Translations under genes and position numbers: made by a program
From: Stramenopiles sp. TOSAG23-2
Lineage: Eukaryota
Length of the DNA stretch: 45,824 bases
Direction of reading: 5' to 3'
NCBI GenBank assembly: GCA_900128395.1
Contig: LT649287.1
Span: 1-45,824 of the forward strand
In this document: piece by piece, positions 23,761 to 34,205 of the stretch
Layout of the letters: every line of letters begins with the position of its first letter
Numbering within the stretch: position 1 is the stretch's first letter
Notes under the pieces: generated by a model
Databases searched by the model: none
What the model was told of the DNA's origin: nothing
Seen by the model: the letters and a program-made list of their open reading frames with translations, nothing else

Positions 23761-26655
23761 ATGCCACGACGTTCAGCAAGGACACCACAACCAATACGTG
23801 ATAGATTTATATCATTTGATGATGAAGGTGATTATGAAGCGAAAAACTCAAGATCACGTTCAAACTCTGCATCTGCATCTCCAAAAAAAACAAGGGAAGA
23901 CAGAGCTAAAGCGCGTGCAAGGCGAATGTCTGCAGAAGCTAAAAAACGTTTGGAAAAATTAAAGGAAGAATCAGAAGAAGAAGAGTCTTCATCTTCAGAG
24001 GAAGAGGAAGCTGTTAAAGTACAACCTGTTGCTGAAGAGAAAAAAGACAATAATAAAAATAATTATAAGAGTAAAAATAATAATAGCAAAAGTAACTCAA
24101 AAAAAGGTAAACAACAATTATTATCATCATCATCAGACGAAGAAGAAGATGATGATGATGATGATTTTGGCGGATTATCTAAAAAAGGTGAAAAGAATGA
24201 CGATGAGGGGGAGGAAGACTCTTCCGATGGGGATGATTCATCTGACGACGATGATGATAATTTATTAGAAATTGAAAAACAATCAAGACGTTTAGATAAA
24301 GAAAGAAGACAAGAAGAATTAGAAGCTCAAGCTGATTTTGAACAAAGTCGAATTCAACCAGAAGAGGATAGGTATGCATTGCCTGATCAGCAGCAAGGGA
24401 GTGGCGAAGAATACGATGATGAAGAGGAGGAAGAACATTTAGATATTTCACAAGTAAAAGATCGTATTGGTGAAGTTGTACAGGTATTAAGCGATTTTCG
24501 TAATCGTCGTCAACCTGGCAAGAATCGTCAAGATTATATGAAATTATTAAAAAAAGATGTTGGTACATATTATTCCTACAATAATGATTTAATTGACATT
24601 TTCTTTCGTTTATTTTCACCAGCTGAAGCAATTGAATTTTTCGAAGCAAATGAAAAGCCAAGACCAATAGTTATACGTACAAATACATTGAAAACTCGCA
24701 GGAGAGATTTAGCCCAAGCATTGATAAATCGTGGTGTGCAACTTGATCCGCTTGCTGATTGGACAAAGGTCGGGTTAAAAATATACAATTCAAACGTACC
24801 TATAGGTGCAACACCTGAATACATGGCGGGACATTATATTTTACAAGCAGCTTCTTCCTTTATGCCATGCATGGCATTGAGCCCAAAGCCAGGAGAACGT
24901 GTTTTAGATATGGCTGCTGCGCCTGGTGGCAAAACAACATACTTGGCACAAATGATGAGAAATCAAGGTTTAGTAGTTGCAAATGATTTCAAATTGCCAA
25001 GGACAAATTCTTTAATGGCAAATATACAGCGTTTAGGTGTACATATAGCTGTCGTATCGAATTATGATGGCCGTGCTTTTCCAAGAGTAATGGGGGGATT
25101 TGACCGGGTGCTTTTAGATGCACCATGTAGTGGACTTGGTGTAATATCACACGATCCTTCCATTAAAACGCAGCGTACTTTAAAAGATATTGAAGTGACA
25201 ACGCATTTGCAGAAAGAATTACTATTATCAGCAATTGATAGTGTCGATGCGCAGTCAAAAACAGGTGGTTTTATTGTTTATTCTACTTGCTCTGTAGCAG
25301 TTGAAGAAAACGAATGTGTTGTTGATTATGCATTGCGGAAACGTTGCGTAAAACTTGTGGAGACTGGTTTGACATTTGGAAAACCTGGCATGACTAGGTA
25401 TCATCGTCATCGTTTCAATCAAAACTTAAACAAGACACGCAGATTTTTTCCACATGTACATAATATGGATGGATTTTATGTTGCAAAATTTAAGAAATAT
25501 TCCAACGCATTTCCAACTACTGGAGATTCAGATGACGAGGATGATGACGATAGTGGTAGAAAACATACCAAATTTAATGAAGACGATGGTGAAAAAAAAG
25601 TAGCAGATGTACCAAAATATGCCTCGAAAGGAAAAGGTAGTAAAAGTGTTGCTGCTAAAACAATATCAAAAGCACAACAAAAAGCCATGGAAGCGTTAGA
25701 ACGTCGCAAACGTAAACGGGAAGAAAAAAGTAATAATATGAACGGTAATAAAGTTGATGAAGTTGTAAAAGAAAAAGATACAAAACGTAGTAAAAAATCT
25801 ATTGAAGTTACTAATGGTACGAGTGATACAACGACAACAACTACTGCTACTAGTGATGACAATAAGATGATAGTTGACAAAAATGAAAAAGAGAAAAAAG
25901 AGAAAAAAGAAAAGAAGAAGAAGAAAAAGAAGAAGAAGAAGAAAAGCCAAGATGAACTTGACAATATCATGAATGTTGACGATGGTGAAGAAGAAGATCA
26001 TCATAATGAGGAAAAAAGCAGTTCAATAGCATCCAAGATTCTGGGTTTGTATGGGAAGGAGGATGCAAGTAAAGAAAAAGGTGCAAATAATAATGATAGT
26101 GGCGATGTAGTTGTCGATAAGAAAAAGAAAAAAGAGAAGAAAAAAAAGAAAGACAAAAAGAAAAATACTGAACAAGTTACTGGAGAAGGCCTGGGCAGCA
26201 GCAGTAGTAGCGGTTCAAGAGAGACAGGTCGCGATGATAATATTACCCCACGTAAAACTGAAGAAAAACCAGATTTTATAAAATCGAAACGTTTTAAAGG
26301 TGCAAATAAGGGATATGTTTTTAAAATGGGGCGTAATGGCTTAGGATATTATAAGGATACGTTTTATAAAAAAAGCAAACGCAGTGACAATAGCGGCCAA
26401 AAGGAGGCGAAATTTGTTGCTTCTCCAAAATTTAAAGGAGCCAAAAAAGGTTATGTTTTCAAATTAGATAAAAAAGGATTAGGTTATTATAAAGACAAAA
26501 AACCAAAAGTCAGTGGCAATAGTGGATATAATCGTAGTACTTGGAATCCAGATAGTGACAAGAAGAAGAAAAAGAGGAAGAAAAAAAAGAGAGATAGGCA
26601 CAGTGGACACTCAAGTCGTGGAGGTGGTAGTAAAATGAGATGGAATACGAATTAA
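23761..26655 (+). CDS. NOP2: Nop2/NSUN1 large-subunit rRNA m5C methyltransferase
   Basis: IRTNTLKTRRRDLAQALINRGV, GATPEYMAGHY, LDMAAAPGGKT, LLDAPCSG, YSTCS and PHVHNMDGF, with acidic and Lys-rich termini. Confidence 0.97.
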   Translation: MPRRSARTPQPIRDRFISFDDEGDYEAKNSRSRSNSASASPKKTREDRAKARARRMSAEAKKRLEKLKEESEEEESSSSEEEEAVKVQPVAEEKKDNNKNNYKSKNNNSKSNSKKGKQQLLSSSSDEEEDDDDDDFGGLSKKGEKNDDEGEEDSSDGDDSSDDDDDNLLEIEKQSRRLDKERRQEELEAQADFEQSRIQPEEDRYALPDQQQGSGEEYDDEEEEEHLDISQVKDRIGEVVQVLSDFRNRRQPGKNRQDYMKLLKKDVGTYYSYNNDLIDIFFRLFSPAEAIEFFEANEKPRPIVIRTNTLKTRRRDLAQALINRGVQLDPLADWTKVGLKIYNSNVPIGATPEYMAGHYILQAASSFMPCMALSPKPGERVLDMAAAPGGKTTYLAQMMRNQGLVVANDFKLPRTNSLMANIQRLGVHIAVVSNYDGRAFPRVMGGFDRVLLDAPCSGLGVISHDPSIKTQRTLKDIEVTTHLQKELLLSAIDSVDAQSKTGGFIVYSTCSVAVEENECVVDYALRKRCVKLVETGLTFGKPGMTRYHRHRFNQNLNKTRRFFPHVHNMDGFYVAKFKKYSNAFPTTGDSDDEDDDDSGRKHTKFNEDDGEKKVADVPKYASKGKGSKSVAAKTISKAQQKAMEALERRKRKREEKSNNMNGNKVDEVVKEKDTKRSKKSIEVTNGTSDTTTTTTATSDDNKMIVDKNEKEKKEKKEKKKKKKKKKKKSQDELDNIMNVDDGEEEDHHNEEKSSSIASKILGLYGKEDASKEKGANNNDSGDVVVDKKKKKEKKKKKDKKKNTEQVTGEGLGSSSSSGSRETGRDDNITPRKTEEKPDFIKSKRFKGANKGYVFKMGRNGLGYYKDTFYKKSKRSDNSGQKEAKFVASPKFKGAKKGYVFKLDKKGLGYYKDKKPKVSGNSGYNRSTWNPDSDKKKKKRKKKKRDRHSGHSSRGGGSKMRWNTN

Positions 26656-27133
26656 AAAGAAAGAGAGAGAGATGGTAAAAAAATAAAACCCACGTGTATA
26701 TGTACACACATGTGACATATTATATTTAATACGAACTCGTATTATTTATTTCTCTTACTCACATACTTCGTACGAGTATATTTTATTTATATTTTAATAT
26801 TAATTATTATACTCGTATATTTATAATATGTTTTTTAATATATATGTGTTTTTTATTTTTGCCGTATGATACAATGCTGGAATACATTTTACAGACGCAC
26901 CTCGTACGAACGGTTCGTATATCAATTCAATACGACCGGCTTCGTATTGGATAACATATTTTTTTCTTTCTTTATATATAAAATTATATTTTTTTTTTCA
27001 AGAGCAAAATTTGAGTAGCTTTTGCCGGTTTCATAAGACAACAAAGTGCAGTGTCTCTTTTCTTTTTGCATTATTTTTCATAATCGATCTCGGTGCGGAA
27101 AAAATGCAATATTTTTTTATTTTGTCCTTTTCT

Positions 27134-27706
27134 TTAAGAATCTGCTACCTTCAGAAATGTTCGAACATTTGCTTGCAACTCAGTCAATTTTTGTACGTCA
27201 CAATTTGGACCGGTAAACTGCACAAGACTATTCCAACATTGATCATTTTGTGTTAGCAAGTGCTCAGTTCGAAACGTATTTGAACTACCTTTAAAATGTA
27301 AACGACCATTTCCTGTTTTTGTGCATAATTGCAACATACATACTTCTTTGTTCGCCACACCTTGTATCAAAATAAAGTTTGCCTCACCTTTTGCTGCAAT
27401 ATTTACACCATTTTGCAATTTCCCGTTGTACATGGTCTTTCGAATGTTATCAAGTTTAAAAACATGATGAAAATCGCCAACATGGTTTTTTGTGATCAAA
27501 ATGACACTTCTTAGCGCTTGAATCTCTTCTGCATTCATAATACGCAAGTTATCCAATGCTTGAATGTATTGAGTCAACAAACTTTTGCGATAATAGAAAA
27601 CCGCTTTTAGCCTCTCTTTGTTCTTCGGACTTTGAATTGGCGTATCATTTGCAGATTTGCTAGCATTTTGTTGTGGTGACGTTGTAGTAGAACTGCTCCC
27701 CGTCAT
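27134..27706 (-). CDS. Hypothetical protein (190 aa)
   Basis: ATG-initiated ORF with normal amino-acid composition between AT-rich spacers. No family recognised. Confidence 0.6.
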   Translation of the reverse strand: MTGSSSTTTSPQQNASKSANDTPIQSPKNKERLKAVFYYRKSLLTQYIQALDNLRIMNAEEIQALRSVILITKNHVGDFHHVFKLDNIRKTMYNGKLQNGVNIAAKGEANFILIQGVANKEVCMLQLCTKTGNGRLHFKGSSNTFRTEHLLTQNDQCWNSLVQFTGPNCDVQKLTELQANVRTFLKVADS

Positions 27707-28544
27707 AATTTTATGATTATATGCAGGTGAAGTTGGTATACAAGATGATTATAGAGTTTTAGTCAATGCGACAGATTAGTTTTGTATATGTATATGTATA
27801 TTGTATATGCACATGTATATGTATATATATTTATCGTTGTTGTAGTATTGTTTTTGTATTTTGGAGCACATAGGTTGCAGTACGAAAAAACAAAATTATG
27901 CCACAGGTATGCGTAAAAAATTAGCGGCACGCGTCTGTTTATGAATAAGATGGAATGTTTCTTCTTATAATATACCATGTGAATAGCACTATATACGGTC
28001 TTAGACGTCTCGCATCAGAGTGGCTGTCCAGGTAAATAGCTAAACGTGTAATATCGTATAATACCACCTGGTGGTATAGCTGTTAGAGTTTGGTATAATA
28101 TACAATAGTCCGAAGTAGAATAGACTAAGAAAATAGAAGTCTGGAAAATGGAAAAGGCTGTGATCTTGGTACAACCTGGTAAGTTTTCTTGTTTTTAGTT
28201 TTTTAAATATTTCCCTATCAAATGTGCATATTCTAATATACACATATGTCTGCCATCTGCCACTCTCTTTTTGTATTTCGAAGGATTTCGAAGGTGTATA
28301 GGACGACCGTGCTACCCACACTACTGGCACATATACTTGTATATGGGACGCGTATTTTCATTTTTTATTTTTTTACAAGTTCCAGAATTCCTAAAAAAAC
28401 TGAGGCATAATATCTCTCTCACTAAACTGAAAGATGGACAATGAATCGTAATATTTATATAATTGAATCCCAATTGAACAAATATATATATATATAAAAA
28501 TATTTAATTTACGCTAGATATATATAATATTATATTATTTCTTT

Positions 28545-28860
28545 TCACTTATACCTTGCAGTAATAATTTTATCACCAACTTCGTTGTATTGCTCTTTCG
28601 TTACGTATAATGGTATCAATGGACTGTATCCAGCTAAAATTGAACATCCAGCCCAAGCTGCATATTTATTTGCTTGAAAACGTGTATCAGCATGTTTTGC
28701 AGCATATTTTTCTGCTCTTAATACTCCTCTATCGAAATGTTCGCATATATGTTTGAATTCTAATTGAAACTTCTTGTCAAAGCTTTTAATCATCGTATTA
28801 CCACCCGTAAATATTACATCTAAGATAGGATTTTTCAAGTCTTTATTTACTTTACATATT
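28545..28860 (-). pseudogene. C-terminal fragment of an actin-related protein
   Basis: VIFTGGNTM…KYAAWAGCSILA…YVTKEQYNEVG parallels actin VLSGGTTM…KYSVWIGGSILA…WISKQEYDESG. No N-terminal actin sequence is visible upstream. Confidence 0.75.
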
Positions 28861-28870
28861 AGAACATATA

Positions 28871-29188
28871 ATGAAACGAAGTCTTTCAGAATTTCAAAGT
28901 ATTTTTGAAGAGTGGAGAGCAATTGAAGAGCCATTTAATAAATATGTAGAAGCAGTAAGGATAGATATGAGATCTTCAGTGGTTAAAAAATTACAGCTTG
29001 GTGTTAAATTGAAGCAACTAGTTGATGCAAAAGAGACCCTTTTAGGTTATTTACACGATAGAGTAGATGCAAATGCAGCTAGAAGGGCATATCACAGATT
29101 AATTCAAATGCATCCAGATCGAGAAAAATTATTGAGTAAACAATTAGGACTTGAAGATGATGAGGAAGAAGACGACAATGCATCATAA
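28871..29188 (+). CDS. Small helical ORF (105 aa) with an acidic tail, possibly the 3' fragment of another gene
   Basis: Protein-like composition. Abuts the actin fragment head-to-head with no promoter space. Confidence 0.45.
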   Translation: MKRSLSEFQSIFEEWRAIEEPFNKYVEAVRIDMRSSVVKKLQLGVKLKQLVDAKETLLGYLHDRVDANAARRAYHRLIQMHPDREKLLSKQLGLEDDEEEDDNAS

Positions 29189-29325
29189 TTGAAACTTAAA
29201 AAATACGTATCATAATTAAGCTCTATCATAATATTATCATATATATAACATATGAGTAAGAGAAAAACACATATATATATTATCATAAATTAAAATGGCA
29301 CAAATATCATGAATTTTACCACATT

Positions 29326-30948
29326 TTATTTACCAGCTTTATTAGTTACTCTGTTAGCCAATCCACTTGTACTTTCTGCAGAATAGCCATAAAAATCAGA
29401 TGGCTTGAAAACGGATCCTTTTATGACTTTCTCTGCGCCATTTTCAAACTTATCGCCGTGGGATTCCACTTTACCATGCTTGTTATCATCTCCTGCTTTG
29501 GTCTCAATGGCCTTTTTTTTGTCACCACCGGCTTTATATAGATTCTTTTCTGAATAACATTCTGATTCCTGTGAACATGCTACAGCATAAAATCCCCATT
29601 TCTCGTAGTAATTATTGTACAAATGTACCTTTGCGTAGCGTACCCTTGGATGTCGTTGATTTGTTTTATAAAACCAATTGTGATGAATGGTTACCCGTGT
29701 ATTTTTGGTTGCGGTATCCTCCACGCCCCAACCTATTAACATGACTTTATTATGATTGCTAAACTTGTTCCAAGAAACAGTTATATCTGTCGCACCCCCA
29801 GTTAAATCAATTAAACCATCACGGTAATTTGATAAAGAACAACGATGTATCCAAATTCGTTCGTACTGGCCATAGACTTGTATAGCATCATCACCACCTC
29901 CATCTCCATTGAAGCCAAGATGGGCAATAATTACATTATTACTAGATACCTTCAACCCATTTCCCCGAAGAGTAACACTACGCCCCCTTCCATCAATTGT
30001 AATATCACTATGCCGAATTTCAATGTAGCTGTTAAGTCTTATATCACCATCTATATCGAAACGTATCCAAGTTGGCCCATGTTGTTCAACGCAGTGTCTG
30101 AGACTTCCATGACCACTATCGCCATGATTTGTTACTTTACAAACTTTGCCACCTTTACCACCAGTTGTTCTTTGACCAAACCCTACGAGTTCTGACAAAA
30201 GACCATGATATGGGTCACTTCATTCATCGGTCATATCAAATGAATTGCTATTAACACCTTGATGACTTCCACCAAAGGAATTACCATTAACACCTTGGTG
30301 ATTTCCACCAAAGGAACTGCTATGAACGCCAGGTCCATTCCATTGACCATCTTTCCAATTACCTACTTCATTGTCGTAATCCCCATCATCACTACTGTCA
30401 AATGAATTGCTATTATAATGACTAACTTTACGAAAACCGTTTGATATACAAGAAGCCCATGGTATTGAATATTTTGGATATTGGTTATTACACCTAGCAG
30501 TAACAGCTTTGTATGCAGATACACGTGCGCCTTCAACCATTTCGTCTACAAATGATCTTGGGCCATTAGCTACCATTCTGCCCAACTGTTCATCAAAATT
30601 ATTATAAACTTGATCATTTCTTCTACACACTGGTACTCTATCACACCCAGGGTTTTTCATGTTTAATATATATTTTTTTACCGTACCCTCTTCACAATGA
30701 ACATACGGTGTTCGCGGACAAGCATTTGGTGGTGGCTCCAGAAGGCAACCTGTCGGTACACCACCACATTCCGGTCGTTTCAAGTTTGGAACTTTAAAGA
30801 CTCTGTATCCAGCTGCGGTATCACACATTGCCATTCCATATTGTGGGCAGCTGGTATGCAATTGTACTCTGCGTAATCTTCGTAATCTTCCCTCCACACT
30901 GTTGCTAAAAACGGCAACAAAGCATAATAATATAAAAATTTTGTTCAT
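29326..30948 (-). CDS. Secreted PL1 pectate lyase with a Cys-rich N-terminal extension, interrupted by one in-frame TGA (30222-30220)
   Basis: Signal peptide at 30948. PL1 motifs GFG..TTGG, DDAI, WIHRC, DGLID, VTIHHNWF, QRHPRVR and VHLYNN. Both track ORFs are in one frame: …FDMTDE*SDPYHGLLSELVGFG…. Confidence 0.85.
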
Positions 30949-31666
30949 CTTTTTACAATACCGTTTGTTTATCTTCTGTTACTCTGTTGTAATTTATAAA
31001 TAAGCTTTTGGTATAAGAATATCTATATTTGTTCTTTTGTTATACCGATAGTACAATATATTAAAATTTTTCTATGTATCTTCAATATAAGCTATCCTAT
31101 GATAATATGTTTTTTGTTTCGTATAACCAGGAGAGGTATAAATTAATACCGACGATATATTGCATTTTTTTTTCCATAGTGTGATGGTTTAAATAATTAC
31201 TGTAATTCTTTTTATTTTCAGCACATCAATTTCTTTTCTTTTTTTGTTGTACCTGGTATGTGCTGAAATAATAGATATAGAGGCAGGCCGTTTGATATTG
31301 TTTTTAAGGATATATTACTTTCAATTATTCTAGATTATAATAATAACTAAATAACTCTCCCTTTGTGTACATTGCATACGACTACTGGTATTACTGTGCT
31401 GCCTGATATTATTGTATAATCCCTTATTAATACACTATGCTATCCACCTGCTATACCTTCAATTTCAGTTCAAAAAAAAAGAAGAATTTTGTTGATTCTG
31501 TCTAACACAATAAAACATATAATTACATAAAATTACAATATACTAAGATATCACTTGCTGGGAATTTAGTGTATCGTATATTAAAGACGTGGATGCTGTA
31601 TGTAGACGAAACACAACGTTTATTATTTTAAGAGCATAAAAATCATAATATCATAAATTTGTACAG

Positions 31667-33406
31667 ATGGATAAATTAAATAGTGAGGAACAAGCTAATT
31701 TCGACCGTTTATATAAAGAGATGAAATCAGCAGCAAAAAACATGGGGACGGTATCACGAAAAGCAATAAATAATTTAGCTGAGCTTCCTACACGAGAGGA
31801 TATAGAACAATATTCTATAGGTGGATTTGATCCTATTGATGTAATGCCTGGTCCGGGATATAAAGCTAGTACAGAAAAGCTATTGGAAATCATTACAGAT
31901 GGTAGACTTCGGAATAGAATGGGAGAATTTCCAAATTATTGGATAGATATTCAAGATAAAATTTTAAAAGAAGATCCAAGAGGCCATAACGATTCACGAC
32001 TGATCAACTTTGCTTTACCGTATATTATGACCTGTGAGAAATATGGAATGTATCGCACAAGCGTTGCTTTTGTATCTGATCCAGAAGATACTCAAAGAAT
32101 TAGCAAAAATCATGTGAAAAAAATGCCTAAAATGACTGCCATGTTTATGGGGAGCGTGATTAGTACTACAGATAATGAAGTTTGGAAGAAACAACGAAAT
32201 CATTTGAATGAAGTATTTTTGCCTAAAAAAAGTCTAGCAAAAATATTTCCAAAAAGTTTAAGCCGCGCGAAAAAATGTGTAGATATAATGGCTGAATTGG
32301 CGCAAAACTCAGGGGCAAATGGTGTGGAAATCAATGATTTTTATTTGCATGAAACACAAGCACAATTACAATTAGGTTTATTTGGTATGGATGAAAACTT
32401 TATGGAGCAAACAAATAGGGAACTTCGTAATGGTTTTTCTCAAATTAATCCTGATCCAGAAGCTGTGACTAAAATTACATTATCCATGATGTCAAAAGTT
32501 GCTGATTCGGAAGGAAATTTTGCAGTGCCAAGTGATCCAAATGTAATGAATGGGAATCAAGCGGTGAAAGGCCCATTGTCTAAATCTGTTGCGGATGCTG
32601 GTGACGCGTTAAATTTAAGTGCGAGGGATCAATTTGGAAATATGTTAATTATTTTATTTGCAGGGCATGATACGACAGGTCATACAATGACATGGTTAAC
32701 ATATGAATTAGCAAAGCATCCTGAATATCAAAAACGATTACATGATGAAGTAGATCAATTTTATAAAATGTTAAATGGACGTGATATGACGTATGAAGAT
32801 TGTGAACATTTGCCATTTATGTCACGATGTATAACGGAAACGTTACGTCTATGGAATCCAGTTCCACAAGGAAGTTTTCGAGAGTTACAATTTGATGATT
32901 ATGTGAAAGGTTTTGGAGGTGAAGAAGTATTATTAAAGAAAGGTACATATATAATTTTTGATCAATATGGAAAGCATCATTCAAAATTATTATGGGGTGA
33001 CGATTGTATGGAATTCAATCCTGATCGTAATTTTCGCGATGATGAAATATGGGGTGGGGAAAGTTTCAGAGCATTCAATCCAAGTTCCGGTCGCTACCAT
33101 CCATTTCAATATGCACCTCGAGATTGTTTAGGTAAGAACTTTGCACATATGGAAATGAGAACTATATTGGCAAATATATTTCATCGATTTAAATTTGAAT
33201 TGTCAGAACCATATAAAAATATTGACCCAAGGAAACTTATGAATACGTTAAGTACAATGGGACCACGTGATGTAACACCAGAAGGATTAAAACAAACTAA
33301 AATTAATTTAAATAAAAAGCAAATTGGTGGGAAATTTGGTAGTGGCTTTCCTGTTGGTGGGATGTGGTTACATGTTCATCCACGCAAGTTAAAAGCAAAC
33401 TTGTAA
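31667..33406 (+). CDS. Cytochrome P450
   Basis: WKKQR, I-helix FAGHDTT, ETLR, FNPDR and heme motif PFQYAPRDCLG. Confidence 0.95.
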   Translation: MDKLNSEEQANFDRLYKEMKSAAKNMGTVSRKAINNLAELPTREDIEQYSIGGFDPIDVMPGPGYKASTEKLLEIITDGRLRNRMGEFPNYWIDIQDKILKEDPRGHNDSRLINFALPYIMTCEKYGMYRTSVAFVSDPEDTQRISKNHVKKMPKMTAMFMGSVISTTDNEVWKKQRNHLNEVFLPKKSLAKIFPKSLSRAKKCVDIMAELAQNSGANGVEINDFYLHETQAQLQLGLFGMDENFMEQTNRELRNGFSQINPDPEAVTKITLSMMSKVADSEGNFAVPSDPNVMNGNQAVKGPLSKSVADAGDALNLSARDQFGNMLIILFAGHDTTGHTMTWLTYELAKHPEYQKRLHDEVDQFYKMLNGRDMTYEDCEHLPFMSRCITETLRLWNPVPQGSFRELQFDDYVKGFGGEEVLLKKGTYIIFDQYGKHHSKLLWGDDCMEFNPDRNFRDDEIWGGESFRAFNPSSGRYHPFQYAPRDCLGKNFAHMEMRTILANIFHRFKFELSEPYKNIDPRKLMNTLSTMGPRDVTPEGLKQTKINLNKKQIGGKFGSGFPVGGMWLHVHPRKLKANL

Positions 33407-33993
33407 AAATGAAGAGATATATAAATATGTATGATGTACATACCACCGGTGGTAGCACGTACTTTTGAAAAGTGCGGTTTTTTTTTTAGAGGACCCTGGC
33501 TGTATATAATTCTGGCTTATGTGTGCATAGTGCCAGCTATATACGATATAATATTAATAATAATATTACTTGGGGGTAATAAATACTCACAATTAGTATG
33601 ATATGTATACTAATATATAATACTGGTGGTAGTGGCATGGAACAGATTATTCTAAAATTCTAAAATAATAATATTTTAAGTATTACACTCTAAAAATGTA
33701 TTTCTAAGAGAGGAAAAAAAATTTAATACACCGACACACGATAAACACTTTTGTCCTTCTGTTTCTTTCGGTAATATTTTATTTTTTACTTCAAATGCAT
33801 ATCTTGATACATTGCCCTTTTCAAATATTATTGTGGTACACTCCGTTAAAATAATTAAAATATCTCTGTGTGTACACAATACAAAAAAATAATATATGAA
33901 TATTTTGAAAATTTTTGATATTGACTCGCTTGAGAATATATGCAAGCGACAATTGCTTACAAAGAAAAATGTATATATACACTATATATACTT

Positions 33994-34205
33994 TTAAGCA
34001 TTGTCTTGCAACAATTTCCATGCAACTGTGAATACCATTGAATTGACACCATGTGAAACAATTCGAGTTTGTAATCCTCGTAAGAAAAGTCCATTCCATC
34101 CAAATAAACCATCTTTAGCTTTGATTTCTGCTATAGCTTGTAAATAGCCTACTGGTTCTTTTGCAGTTTGACGATATGTTTTCAACACACGAATACCGTT
34201 TGAAC
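33994..34205 (-). pseudogene. C-terminal fragment of a mitochondrial carrier-like protein
   Basis: SNGIRVLKTYRQ…Y..AI.EI…DG…GLFLRGLQTRI…VFTVAWKL resembles the last carrier repeat. Upstream it is cut off by unrelated repeat DNA. Confidence 0.7.

Noticed and set aside
30220-30222. Selenocysteine recoding of the PL1 UGA
   Set aside because: The codon is in a linker rather than at a redox Cys position, and the ATGA…AA…GA words downstream (29325-29180) do not fit SECIS spacing by eye.
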